Part shown: positions 20,566-34,000 of the stretch, piece by piece
Position numbering within the stretch: position 1 is the stretch's first letter
Layout: the number at the start of each line of letters is the position of its first letter
Source of the DNA: Eledone cirrhosa
Taxonomy: Eukaryota
Assembly (NCBI GenBank): GCA_964016885.1
Contig: OZ024740.1
Span: 433,628,001-433,692,000 of the forward strand
Direction of reading: 5' to 3'
DNA length: 64,000 nucleotides
Notes under the pieces: model-generated
Told to the model about the DNA's origin: nothing
The model's database searches: none
Seen by the model: only the letters and a program-made list of their open reading frames with translations
Made by a program: the position numbers and the translations under genes

Positions 20566-21997
20566 TTGCAAATGGATATTGCAAACTACTACTCCTCTAT
20601 TACTCCTAGTTTACTTAATAAAGCTCTTATCTATGCATCTAAACATACAGATTTATCTAGCGAAGAAATGCATATCATTTTAACTGCACGGAAAACTTTA
20701 ATTGAATTCAACAATCATCTCTGGACAAGAGCCGATAGAAAAAATAATTTTGATATCACCATGGGATCATCTGACTAGGCGCAAATAACGGATCTTGTGG
20801 GGCTATTTATTAATAATACACTGCATAGAAAAATACCAGAGATGACCGGTGGTTTATATCGTGATGATATGCTGCTTTTAATTGAAAATCATAGTAATTG
20901 TAAAATTAATAAGAAAAGAAAATCCATAATACAATTCTTCAATAGCTACAACCTTAAGTTAGAAATAGAGAATAACTATAAAATTGTTAACATTCCATAA
21001 AATTAATGGGAATCTAAATTATGTAAATTTTAACTCTAATCATCCTAGATCTATCAAGAACACTATCGTCAATTCTGTCCAACAACGGATTTCACGCATC
21101 TCCGCTAATAAAAACATGTTTGACGATAAGGCAGAATATTATAATGAAGCTTTAAATAGAGCAGGGTATATAAATAGGATTAAATACACCGACAACAGTA
21201 ATAAGGCAAATGACCCTACTATTAATTGTAATAATAATAATAAAAAATTTAACTTAAACTCTAAAACTAACAGAAGAACTATAACTAGAAATATTATTTG
21301 GTACTCACCCCCATTCTCATTAAGCCTAAATACACATTTAGCAAAGCTATTCTTTAAAGCACTAGATAAATGTTTTCCTAAAGCCCACAGATACCACTCA
21401 ATCTTTAACAGACATACTATAAAACTATCCTACTCTACTACTATGAACATAGCACAAAATATAAATAGAATTAATAATAGAAATTTAAACCCTAACCAAA
21501 ATAACCAAAATAGCAGTAATATCTCTAGTAACATCCAACATAATAGTACCGTTCCGAACAACAACAAATGTAACTGTAGAATTAAATTAAACTGTCCGTT
21601 ACAAAATAAGTGTTTAGATAAAAACGTGGTCTATAAATGTACAGTTAAAACTAGTGATAATATATTTAACTATGTAGGTGCAACTTCTACAGAATTTAAA
21701 AGTCACTGGAATAATCATAGATGCTCTTTTCAAAGATTTGATAAAAAATCTTCAACTTCTCTTTCAAACCTGATATGGAACTTAAAATGCAAGAATATGG
21801 ACTATACATTAGCTTGGGAAATAGTTTCAATAGCACCCGCGTACTGAAACACAGCTTTATCTAGATTCTGCAAATTGTGTATTGAGGAAATTTTTTTCAT
21901 ACTTAAATGTAAAAACTCTATTAATCTAAGAACGAATTTATTTAATTCTTGTAGACATCGCCTGAATTCAATATTCAGAACTATATATAAATTATAA
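20566..21997 (+). pseudogene. PLE reverse transcriptase (from motif A onward) plus GIY-YIG endonuclease, disrupted
   Basis: DIANYYSSI, FDITMGS, GLYRDD, YVNFNSNHP, RNIIWYSPPFS, IFNRHTIKLSYS, CNCR..CPL..KCL..VVY..YVG. After a TGA at 21845 the frame continues with CKLC..E...CRH to a TAA at 21997. There is a TAG at 20776 and a frameshift or deletion near 20990. Confidence 0.92.
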
Positions 21998-22789
21998 TTA
22001 TACTTATAATATTTCTACTTATTTCCATAACAATCTCATCCACTTGGTTTAAATATATTGATATCTCTAAATCATAATATCTATAACATTTGCTATAATT
22101 CCACTTCTTAAAATTTCATAAAATATATACGTATATAATTCTAATTTTTTTAAAATTTTAATCTTAATTTTAATTTTTATTTCTTTATTTTTATTTCTTT
22201 AAAATTACTTATCTCTTATAAATTATTTTAAAAAAAATTTCTCAAATTTTTAATATTTTTTAATACTGTATCAATATTTTTTCAATACTGTATCAATATT
22301 TTTTTCAATATTTTTCAATAGATTTATAACCACTAACTGATTCTGGCTAAATGTATCTTCCAACATCTATACTTATTTTAACTAAATAGTCTCACACTAA
22401 CGAATAAATAAATTAAACCAGAGTTTTTTCTGTATATTCCCATTTTAATTTAATTCAACTTAATATTTATTTACATTAAATACAAAACCAATATCCCTCA
22501 TAAATCATTAGAACAATTATCTATAACATGATATACCCATCTATTTATTTATTTATGTATTTATTTATTTATGTATTTATTTATTTATTTATTTTATTTA
22601 TTTATGTACTTATAACAGAAGAAAAATATTATATTATAAACAAATTTTAAACAACTAATAATCGTAAATACACTTACTATTAAGATATATACTTAGAATA
22701 TATTTCCCTCAAATTAACGTTATATGAGTTTTATTCATCCTCTCTTGTTTCTTTCTTCTCTCTCTCACTAGCACTATTTTGAATCCTTC

Positions 22790-23070
22790 CCCAGCATCAA
22801 TGACTACCAACATGACTTCCACTTCTGAAAAGCCAAATCTACTGGACTCCAGTCCTACGACACTCACCAATAGGTCCTTCCCCTAGAGAAATTTTATGAA
22901 AATAATGTGGCTGCTCTTGACATCAGTAAAATATTCAATTATGTCAATCATAACAAACATTTGGATTGGAACTTGTATGTCCAATAGCCCCATTGCAACA
23001 TCAGTTAATGGTGCCCCACCCCTCACTTTCACCCACACTCAATCAACTTTGGTGTACCTCAGGGTAAGGT
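22790..23070 (+). pseudogene. Old degenerate non-LTR RT fragment (CR1/Jockey-like)
   Basis: Manual translation gives ALDISKIFNYVNH at about 22913-22951 and NFGVPQG at about 23044-23064. Confidence 0.6.
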
Positions 23071-23630
23071 TATGTTTTCTACACAGGACTAGATTAAGTC
23101 CTTTTGCAACCTTATGCACTTAAAAGATTTTTTTTATGGTTGATCATAACTGCTATCATTAATTATTACTTGCAGAAAAACCTCCCTTTGGTGTAATCAG
23201 TGATGTAATCCACGATACATTAAAAAAAGACGACATATATAAACTGCATATATGATAAACTAAAATGTTATGAAAATGAAAAAGGAGAAAATTAATGAGG
23301 GAAACATAAACCTTATATAACGATGCAAATATATGAATGTTTATATAAGTGATGTGATGAGTGTTATGATATAATGGACATTAACTGGAAGTGTTGACAT
23401 TTGAAAATTTTAAAGAAGTGAATGTTAAAATAAACAGTACTTTATATAATAATAATAATGAAATTATTGTGTACGGTGCTCAGGTGCACTACAACTCATC
23501 AAAGGTGCATGTATAGTTTATAGAATAACATATAAATGTCAGGAAAGTGAACAGTGTATGAGTCATGATATACATGTGTGCATGTGTATGTAGGGGGATA
23601 TCAGGTGTAGTGTTGGTGAATCTCAGGAAG

Positions 23631-23816
23631 CATGGAGGTTTTAAAGGATGCAGTGTCTCGACAGCTAACAACTGATGCAGGGAGTTTGTTCCATGGAGGT
23701 TTTAAAGGATGCAGTGTCTCGACAGCTAACAACTGATGCAGGTAGTTTGTTCCATGGAGGTTTTAAAGGATGCAGTGTCTCGACAGCTAACAACTGATGC
23801 AGGGAGTTTGTTCCAT
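23631..23816. repeat. 61-bp tandem triplication inside the CR1 ORF2 3' end
   Basis: catggaggttttaaaggatgcagtgtctcgacagctaacaactgatgcagggagtttgttc at 23631, 23692 and 23753. Confidence 0.95.
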
Positions 23817-25952
23817 GCTTCAGCAACTCTGAGCATGAAAAAATGTTTCCGAAAGTCATGGGAACTGTGCTGTTTTCTGACTTTGTTGGCATGCCCATGT
23901 GTGTTAGACACATGGAAATCAAAAAGGTGCTCAGGGTTGTTGTTGGCAAGATGGCTAATAATTTTGTGGGTATTTACCAAGTCAGTTGCCAGATGTAAGA
24001 GCTTCAATGTATCCATGCCCAGGGAAGCAAGGCGTTCAGAGCATGGTAGGTGCCTGATGGAGGGTATTTGCTTGGCTGCTCATCTCTGAACAGTTTCCAG
24101 GCGGTCAATGTTCTGAGCAAGATAGGGGTTCCAGACTGGTGATGCAAATTCTAAGTGTGGCCACACCATAGCTGTATACAGCTTTAAATAGACAGTTGAA
24201 GAGTGGCTGACAAAGGTTTTGCTGAGTAATGTTAAGACACCCTCGGCCTTCTTGACAATCTTAGAGACGTGCTTTGTCCAACGCAAATCGCTGCTGACAG
24301 TAATGCCCAGGTCACATTCACAAGAAGACTTCTTGATATCAGTGTTGTGGAGGGAGTATGTAGACGCTGGATTTTTCCTCCCAAAATGCATGGTGGTACC
24401 TTGTCCACGGCCAGCTTCAGTTGCCAGTCTGTGATCCATTGCTGCATTGTGTCCAGGTCAGGCTGCAAGCAAGATCTATAGTGTTCAGGATCTGTCCTTT
24501 TTATCTCAAGGTACAGCTTGATGTCATCTGCATATTTCAGTACTGTGGCATTCTTTAAGTTGGCATCTATGTCATTAATATATGCCACAAACAAAAGGGG
24601 ACTAAGAACAGATCCTTGTGGTACACCAGATGACATCTCATAGGGTGAGGGATGTTGTCCTAGAACCATGACTACCTCTCTTCGACTGAGAATGAAGGAC
24701 TTCAACCAGTTAAAAAGATCATCCTTCACACCCATAACAGAGAGTTTTGCCATAAGTCTTTTGTGTGGCACAGAATTAAAAGCTTCAGCAAAGTCAAGGT
24801 AAACAACATCCACCCATGAGCCGCCATCAGTGATCCAGGTAATGTCTTCAAGAAACTCGATAAGTCGATCACAGCAGCTGAAGCTAAGGATAAATCCAAA
24901 TTGTGGGGGCCAGATAAGACTGTGAGAATTCCAGAAGTTCCAAAGTGTTTCTCTGACACAGGATTCTATCAGTTTGGCAATACAGCTAGTAAGACTGACT
25001 GGACGACGTGCAATCACCCTTTTTGAACAGAGGAATGATACTGGCAGTTTTCCACTGCTCCGGAGTAGCACTGTTGCTAAGACAGAATTGAAAGAATAGT
25101 GAAAGCTGGTGCAGAAGGAAATACCCACCACGTTTAAGAAGCAGGTACGTAACACCATCAAGACCAGGAGAGGCATGGTTGTGTTTATTCTTAAGGTGAC
25201 ATCGCAGCATTGCAGGTGTAAATTCCATAATTGTTATAGAATTTGATGTCAGAGATAGTGGAGATGGTACATTACGGTCTTCAACAGTGAAAATGTTTGC
25301 ATAGCATTCAGCAATGAGTTCTGCGCATTCCTTGGGGTAATCAGTAACCTGGCTTGTGTGGGGATTGTGAAGAGGACCAACTGGAGAGTGAGGCCTCTGC
25401 TTTGAATGTACATATTTCCAGAACACTTTACTGTCAGGGCTGGTTGCTATGCGCTCTTCAAATTCAAGCACTGCCTTTTTTGTCACCTGCTTGAGATGGT
25501 TGGATAATTTATTTCGCTTTTTCCTATTGATATCTGATTTATGCAGTTTGTACTCACGTTCAGCATTACGACATTCTTTCCTGGCAAGACGGACTGCTGC
25601 AGTCTCCCAAATTGTAATTTTGGGATGTTTTTTTTTTTGCTTACGTGGCACTGATGCTGCACATGCTGTCCATATTGGGCTCAGGATGTTCTGGAGTACA
25701 GCGTTGACATCTCCAGAGTCATAAAATTCAATCCAGTTTGGATGTTGCAGCTCGGTGCAGTAACAGTTCCAGTCTGCTTTATTGCAGTCAAAGTGAGCAG
25801 TTTGGAGATGGTTGTGGTATTTGTTACTGCCCATGAGGGACAGATTGGCAATGATCATAGCATGATCAGAGTCACCTAAACGTTCCTAAGTAGTAACACT
25901 AATAACCGTTTCAGGAGTAGTGGTGAAGAATAGGTCCAAAGTGTTGTCACCT

Positions 25953-26126
25953 CTTGTTGGGGAGGTGACTACTTGGGACCAATTCAAGTCCAGCACTTGT
26001 TGGGGAGGTGACTACTTGGGACGAATTCAAGTCCAGCACTTGTTGGGGAGGTGACTACTTGGGACCAGTTCAAGTCCAGCACTTGTTGGGGAGGTGACTA
26101 CTTGGGACCAGTTCAAGTCCAGCACT
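25953..26126. repeat. 43-bp tandem repeat x4 inside the CR1 APE region
   Basis: cttgttggggaggtgactacttgggacca.ttcaagtccagca repeated four times. Confidence 0.95.
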
Positions 26127-26209
26127 AACTCAAGGAAGTCATTTGCACTTGGCGGCCAACATGTATAAGAATAAGAGTCAGATGCCAGGCTTTCCAGGTA
26201 AGTTACATC

Positions 26210-26340
26210 CCTTTATGGTCTGAGTTCAAATCCCGCCAAGGTTGACTTTGCCTTTCATCCTTACGGGGTCGATAAAATAAAGTACCAGTAATGCACTGGG
26301 ATAATTGCTGGCCTTGTGCCAAACGTAGAAACAATTATTA
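26210..26340 (+). mobile_element. tRNA-derived SINE family A, 5'-truncated
   Basis: Runs from the B-box gagttcaaatccc through the core to tagaaacaattatta. Confidence 0.88.
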
Positions 26341-26346
26341 AATATG

Positions 26347-26532
26347 ATAATTGTTTCTACTTTTGGTACAAGGCCAGCAATTATTCCAGTGTATTACTGG
26401 TACTTTATTTTATCGACCCCGTAAGGATGAAAGGCAAAGTTAACCTCAGCGGGATTTGAACTCAGAATGGCAAGGACCGTAACTCTATACGTCAAAGCAT
26501 GGCATCCGACCCTCTACCAATTCTGCCAATTC
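26347..26532 (-). mobile_element. tRNA-derived SINE family A, full length
   Basis: Near-identical to 1801-1988. Confidence 0.9.
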
Positions 26533-26635
26533 AAGACAACAATCACTGGTCATATCAAGGAAATGGTTTTGTATTCCTACCCTTATACAAATACATCATA
26601 ATCACAGATAATCTCTCCTGGTAATCTCACATCTA

Positions 26636-26768
26636 AGGCAGCAAATTGGTAGAGTCATTAGAACATAAGATAGAATCCTTTGCAGTATGACTTCTGGCTT
26701 TCTGCTCTCTGAGTTCAAATCCCACCAAGGGTGACAGAAAAATAACTGTCTAGTACTGGGGTCAATTC
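26636..26768 (+). mobile_element. Degenerate SINE related to family A
   Basis: ggcagcaaattggtagagtc...ctgagttcaaatccc...tagtactggggtcaa, with the core deleted. Confidence 0.55.
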
Positions 26769-27118
26769 TTCTTCTATATTTCTTTCTCACTTCCTTTCTC
26801 TCACTTTCTATCCCTCTCATTCTTTATCCTTCTCTGCAAGAAATCTGCTGTGTTCAAGCTTGAAGAGTCTGCTATGTTCTAAAATGGCCAAGACATGCTG
26901 TGTGTTATTATGACACCTCCTACAAATTTAACAGTGGAAAACTACATTCCAAAGATTGATATTTATCTTTAGAGTCATACATCACTTCCAAACAAGTGTT
27001 AAATCTCTAAAAAGCTCAGGTAACATGCTCACCCTTAATGGAATACTGCAGGGTCAGTAGTGTAGCTAGGGTGGCGTTAGTGGGGACAGTCCACCTTGGA
27101 GTGACACACAAAATCTCT

Positions 27119-27880
27119 GTAAAAATACCATATTTATTATAGAAGGGGGAGCACTAAAACCTAGCAGTAAATAGCTAACCCCCAAATACAAATCCCGGCA
27201 GACATTAACACTAACCATAAACAAGCAAACCTAGGACCACACCAAAATCCTCCGATGTCCTAGCAATAACCATAACATAACCCCAACTACCACAAACGAG
27301 ATATAACTACTAACTAATGCAGTAGAAATCATAGTAATTACTCTACAATCTTAACATTGACTACTATATCATTGCAAACACATTGGATTTAGTCTATAAA
27401 AATACCACATATTTGATAGAAGGGAGAGTACAAAATCCTAGCAATAAATAGTGACTGAACTTAAGAGTTAACCCCTAAAATCAAATGCCACCAAACACTA
27501 ACGCTAAACTTATACCCTAAACATGTCCGTGAACTTTAGGACTAGCTTTAAACCAACAAACCTAAGCCCACCCTAAAATTCTCCGATGTCCTAGCAATAA
27601 CCATAACATAACCCCAGCCTTAACACCAATCTTAATAAAAGGGATACAAATGGATTAATTTAAACTTTGTTTATAAAATACCATATTTATAATAAGAAGG
27701 GGGGGGGGGGGTGGAGTCACTAAGACCCAGTAGTAAATATTCACTGAACGTAATTGCTAACCCCTAAATTCATATCCCAACAAACTCTAATGCTAACCTT
27801 GAATCTTTCATGAAAATTAAGACTACACCAGCGTCCCTAAGCCCTAAATTCTGCCGATACCCTAGAAATAGCCATAAAAT
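27119..27880. repeat. Old ~277-bp tandem repeat, about 2.7 diverged copies
   Basis: taaaa(a)tacca.at.t..tagaaggg at about 27120, 27396 and 27673; cctagcaataaccataacataacccc at about 27260 and 27591, with a diverged copy near 27861. Confidence 0.8.
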
Positions 27881-28080
27881 ATCTAATGGTCTCATGCATC
27901 AAATAAATATTGTCTCAAGTCTAACATAAATTCTTAAATTGAATTTAATAATATCATGAAATAAATTCCATATTTTTATACAACTCGAAAAGCATACATC
28001 TAAAAACTATATTAGTAATCTCCTTTTAAACGTTAATTTAAATGATGTTTTAAAAAAAGTTTTGTACACACAGACACAAG

Positions 28081-31000
28081 ACTGAAGCAGGTCTGCTGAT
28101 ATCCATGTTGTTCTGTACAATGGGCATATAAACCCACTGAAGCAGGTCTGCTGATATCCATGTTGTTCTGTACAATGGGTCTATAAACCCACTGAAGCAG
28201 GTCTGCTGATATCCATGTTGTTCTGTACAATGGGTCTATAAACCCACTGAAGCAGGTCTGCTGATATCCATGTTGTTCTGTACAATGGGTCTATAAACCC
28301 ACTGAAGCAGGTCTGTTGATATCCATGTTGTTCTGTACAATGGGCATATAAACCCACTGAAGCAGGTCTGCTGATATCCATGTTGTTCTGTACAATGGGT
28401 CTATAAACCCACTGAAGCAGGTCTGCTGATATCCATGTTGTTCTGTACAATGGGTCTATAAACCCACTGAAGCAGGTCTGTTGATATCCATGTTGTTCTG
28501 TACAATGGGCATATAAACACACTGAAGCAGGTCTGCTGATATCCATGTTGTTCTGTACAATGCGTCTATAAACCCACTGAAGCAGGTCTGCTGATATCCA
28601 TGTTGTTCTGTACAATGGGCATATAAACCCACTGAAGCAGGTCTGTTGATATCCATGTTGTTCTGTACAATGGGCATATAAACCCACTGAAGCAGGTCTG
28701 CTGATATCCATGTTGTTTTGTACAATGGGTTTATAAACCCACTGAAGCAGGTCTGCTGATATCCATGTTGTTCTGTACAATGGGCATATAAACCCACTGA
28801 GGCAGGTCTGCTGATATCCATGTTGTTCTGTACAATGGGTTTATAAACCCACTGAAGCAGGTCTGCTGATATCCATGTTGTTCTGTACAATGGGTCTATA
28901 AACCCACTGAAGCAGATCTGCTGATATCCATGTTGTTCTGTACAATGGGTCTATAAACCCACTGAAGCAGGTTTGTTGATATCCATGTTGTTCTGTACAA
29001 TGGGCATATAAACCCACTGAAGCAGGTCTGCTGATATCCATGTTGTTCTGTACAATGGGTCTATAAACCCACTGAAGCAGGTCTGCTGATATCCATGTTG
29101 TTCTGTACAATGGGTCTATAAACCCACTGAAGCAGGTCTGCTGATATCCATGTTGTTCTGTACAATGGGTCTATAAACCCACTGAAGCAGGTCTGTTGAT
29201 ATCCATGTTGTTCTGTACAATGGGCATATAAACCCACTGAAGCAGGTCTGCTGATATCCATGTTGTTCTGTACAATGGGTCTATAAACCCACTGAAGCAG
29301 GTCTGCTGATATCCATGTTGTTCTGTACAATGGGTCTATAAACCCACTGAAGCAGGTCTGCTGATATCCATGTTGTTCTGTACAATGGGTCTATAAACCC
29401 ACTGAAGCAGGTCTGTTGATATCCATGTTGTTCTGTACAATGGGTCTATAAACCCACTGAAGCAGGTCTGCTGATATCCATGTTGTTCTGTACAATGGGT
29501 CTATAAACCCACTGAAGCAGGTCTGCTGATATCCATGTTGTTCTGTACAATGGGTCTATAAACCCACTGAAGCAGGTCTGCTGATATCCATGTTGTTCTG
29601 TACAATGGGTCTATAAACCCACTGAAGCAGGTCTGTTGATATCCATGTTGTTCTGTTCAATGGGGCATATAAACCCACTGAAGCAGGTCTGCTGATATCC
29701 ATGTTGTTCTGTACAATGGGTCTATAAACCCACTGAAGCAGGTCTGCTGATATCCATGTTGTTCTGTACAATGGGTCTATAAACCCACTGAAGCAGGTCT
29801 GTTGATATCCATGTTGTTCTGTACAATGGGCATATAAACCCACTGAGGCAGGTCTACTGATATCCATGTTCTGTACAATGGGTTTATAAACCCACTGAAG
29901 CAGGTCTGCTGATATCCATGTTGTTCTGTACAATGGGTCTATAAACCCACTGAAGCAGATCTGCTGATATCCATGTTGTTCTGTACAATGGGTCTATAAA
30001 CCCACTGAAGCAGGTTTGTTGATATCCATGTTGTTCTGTACAATGGGCATATAAACCCACTGAAGCAGGTCTGCTGATATCCATGTTGTTCTGTACAATG
30101 GGTCTATAAACCCACTGAAGCAGGTCTGCTGATATCCATGTTGTTCTGTACAATGGGTCTATAAACCCACTGAAGCAGGTCTGCTGATATCCATGTTGTT
30201 CTGTACAATGGGTCTATAAACCCACTGAAGCAGGTCTGTTGATATCCATGTTGTTCTGTACAATGGGCATATAAACCCACTGAAGCAGGTCTGCTGATAT
30301 CCATGTTGTTCTGTACAATGGGTCTATAAACCCACTGAAGCAGGTCTGCTGATATCCATGTTGTTCTGTACAATGGGTCTATAAACCCACTGAAGCAGGT
30401 CTGCTGATATCCATGTTGTTCTGTACAATGGGTCTATAAACCCACTGAAGCAGGTCTGTTGATATCCATGTTGTTCTGTACAATGGGTCTATAAACCCAC
30501 TGAAGCAGGTCTGTTGATATCCATGTTGTTCTGTACAATGGGCATATAAACCCACTGAAGCAGGTCTGCTGATATCCATGTTGTTCTGTACAATGGGTCT
30601 ATAAACCCACTGAAGCAGGTCTGCTGATATCCATGTTGTTCTGTACAATGGGTCTATAAACCCACTGAAGCAGGTCTGCTGATATCCATGTTGTTCTGTA
30701 CAATGGGTCTATAAACCCACTGAAGCAGGTCTGTTGATATCCATGTTGTTCTGTACAATGGGCATATAAACCCACTGAAGCAGGTCTGCTGATATCTATG
30801 TTGTTCTGTACAATGGGTCTATAAACCCACTGAAGCAGGTCTGCTGATATCCATGTTGTTCTGTACAATGGGTCTATAAACCCACTGAAGCAGGTTTGTT
30901 GATATCCATGTTGTTCTGTACAATGGGCATATAAACCCACTGAAGCAGGTCTGCTGATATCCATGTTGTTCTGTACAATGGGTCTATAAACCCACTGAAG

Positions 31001-34000
31001 CAGGTCTCTTGATATCCATGTTGTTCTGTACAATGGGCATATAAACCCACTGAAGCAGGTCTGCTGATATCCATGTTGTTCTGTACAATGGGTCTATAAA
31101 CCCAGTGAAGCAGGTCTGCTGATATCCATGTTGTTCTGTACAATGGGTCTATAAACCCACTGAAGCAGGTCTGTTGATATCAATGTTGTTCTGTTCAATG
31201 GGGCATATAAACCCACTGAAGCAGGTCTGCTGATATCCATGTTGTTCTGTACAATGGGTCTATAAACCCACTGAAGCAGGTCTGCTGATATCCATGTTGT
31301 TCTGTACAATGGGTCTATAAACCCACTGAAGCAGGTCTGCTGATATCCATGTTGTTCTGTACAATGGGTCTATAAACCCACTGAAGCAGGTCTGCTGATA
31401 TCCATGTTGTTCTGTACAATGGGTCTATAAACCCACTGAAGCAGGTCTGTTGATATCCATGTTGTTCTGTACAATGGGTCTATAAACCCACTGAAGCAGG
31501 TCTGTTGATATCCATGTTGTTCTGTACAATGGGTCTATAAACCCACTGAAGCAGGTCTGTTGATATCCATGTTGTTCTGTACAATGGGGCATATAAACCC
31601 ACTGAAGCAGGTCTGTTGATATCCATGTTGTTCTGTACAATGGGTCTATAAGCCCACTGAAGCAGGTCTGTTGATATCCATGTTGTTCTGTACAATGGGT
31701 CTATAAACCCACTGAAGCAGGTCTGTTGATATCCATGTTGTTCTGTACAATGGGCATATAAACACACTGAAGCAGGTCTGCTGATATCCATGTTGTTCTG
31801 TACAATGCGTCTATAAACCCACTGAAGCAGGTCTGCTGATATCCATGTTGTTCTGTACAATGGGCATATAAACCCACTGAAGCAGGTCTGTTGATATCCA
31901 TGTTGTTCTGTACAATGGGTCTATAAACCCACTGAAGCAGGTCTGTTGATATCCATGTTGTTCTGTACAATGGGTCTATAAACCCACTGAAGCAGGTCTG
32001 TTGATATCCATGTTGTTCTGTTCAATGGGGCATATAAACCCACTGAAGCAGGTCTGCTGATATCCATGTTGTTCTGTACAATGGGTCTATAAACCCACTG
32101 AAGCAGGTCTGCTGATATCCATGTTGTTCTGTACAATGGGTCTATAAACCCACTGAAGCAGGTCTGCTGATATCCATGTTGTTCTGTACAATGGGTCTAT
32201 AAACCCACTGAAGCAGGTCTGTTGATATCCATGTTGTTCTGTACAATGGGTCTATAAGCCCACTGAAGCAGGTCTGTTGATATCCATGTTGTTCTGTACA
32301 ATGGGTCTATAAACCCACTGAAGCAGGTCTGCTGATATCCATGTTGTTCTGTACAATGGGTCTATAAACCCACTGAAGCAGGTCTGCTGATATCCATGTT
32401 GTTCTGTACAATGGGTCTATAAACCCACTGAAGCAGGTCTGTTGATATCCATGTTGTTCTGTACAATGGGGCATATAAACCCACTGAAGCAGGTCTGCTG
32501 ATATCCATGTTGTTCTGTACAATGGGTCTATAAACCCACTGAAGCAGGTCTGTTGATATCCATGTTGTTCTGTACAATGGGTCTATAAACCCACTGAAGC
32601 AGGTCTGTTGATATCCATGTTGTTCTGTACAATGGGTCTATAAACCCACTGAAGCAGGTCTGCTGATATCCATGTTGTTCTGTACAATGGGTCTATAAAC
32701 CCACTGAAGCAGGTCTGCTGATATCCATGTTGTTCTGTTCAATGGGTCTATAAACCCACTGAAGCAGGTCTGCTGATATCCATGTTGTTCTGTACAATGG
32801 GTCTATAAACCCACTGAAGCAGGTCTGTTGATATCCATGTTGTTCTGTACAATGGGTCTATAAACCCACTGAAGCAGGTCTGCTGATATCCATGTTGTTC
32901 TGTTCAATGGGGCATATAAACCCACTGAAGCAGGTCTGCTGATATCCATGTTGTTCTGTACAATGGGTCTATAAACCCACTGAAGCAGGTCTGTTGATAT
33001 CCATGTTGTTCTGTACAATGGGTCTATAAACCCACTGAAGCAGGTCTGCTGATATCCATGTTGTTCTGTACAATGGGTCTATAAACCCACTGAAGCAGGT
33101 CTGCTGATATCCATGTTGTTCTGTACAATGGGTCTATAATCCCACTGAAGCAGGTCTGTTGATATCCATGTTGTTCTGTACAATGGGGCATATAAACCCA
33201 CTGAAGCAGGTCTGCTGATATCCATGTTGTTCTGTACAATGGGTCTATAAACCCACTGAAGCAGGTCTGTTGATATCCATGTTGTTCTGTACAATGGGTC
33301 TATAAACCCACTGAAGCAGGTCTGCTGATATCCATGTTGTTCTGTACAATGGGTCTATAAACCCACTGAAGCAGGTCTGCTGATATCCATGTTGTTCTGT
33401 ACAATGGGTCTATAAACCCACTGAAGCAGGTCTGCTGATATCCATGTTGTTCTGTACAATGGGTCTATAAACCCACTGAAGCAGGTCTGCTGATATCCAT
33501 GTTGTTCTGTACAATGGGTCTATAAACCCACTGAAGCAGGTCTGCTGATATCCATGTTGTTCTGTTCAATGGGTCTATAAACCCACTGAAGCAGGTCTGC
33601 TGATATCCATGTTGTTCTGTTCAATGGGTCTATAAACCCACTGAAGCAGGTCTGTTGATATCCATGTTGTTCTGTACAATGGGTCTATAAACCCACTGAA
33701 GCAGGTCTGCTGATATCCATGTTGTTCCGTACAATGGGTCTATAAACCCACTGAAGCAGGTCTGCTGATATCCATGTTGTTCTGTACAATGGGTCTATAA
33801 ACCCACTGAAGCAGGTCTGTTGATATCCATGTTGTTCTGTTCAATGGGGCATATAAACCCACTGAAGCAGGTCTGCTGATATCCATGTTGTTCTGTACAA
33901 TGGGTCTATAAACCCACTGAAGCAGGTCTGCTGATATCCATGTTGTTCTGTTCAATGGGGCATATAAACCCACTGAAGCAGGTCTGCTGATATCCATGTT

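Larger units (their letters stand above)
20056..22780 (+). mobile_element. Penelope-like element (Naiad-type), 5'-truncated, with an inverted upstream pseudo-LTR
   Basis: About 20360-20565 is the reverse complement of about 22585-22780. These enclose an RT plus GIY-YIG remnant, and an HHR lies in the inverted copy. Confidence 0.9.
23446..26150 (-). mobile_element. CR1-type LINE, 5'-truncated within the APE domain, with an (ATT)n tail
   Basis: APE end PTRGDNTLDLFFT..GDSDH; RT motifs ASPGLDG, RPVSLTS, VYLDFAEAFNSVPH, GVPQGSVLSPLLF and YADDIKLY; C-terminal PHLEFASPVWNPY and WNKLP. Frameshifted. Confidence 0.92.

Noticed and set aside
27160-27850. Telomeric repeats (ccctaa/taaccc words)
   Set aside because: They are only scattered single words within a longer diverged repeat, with no (TTAGGG)n tract.
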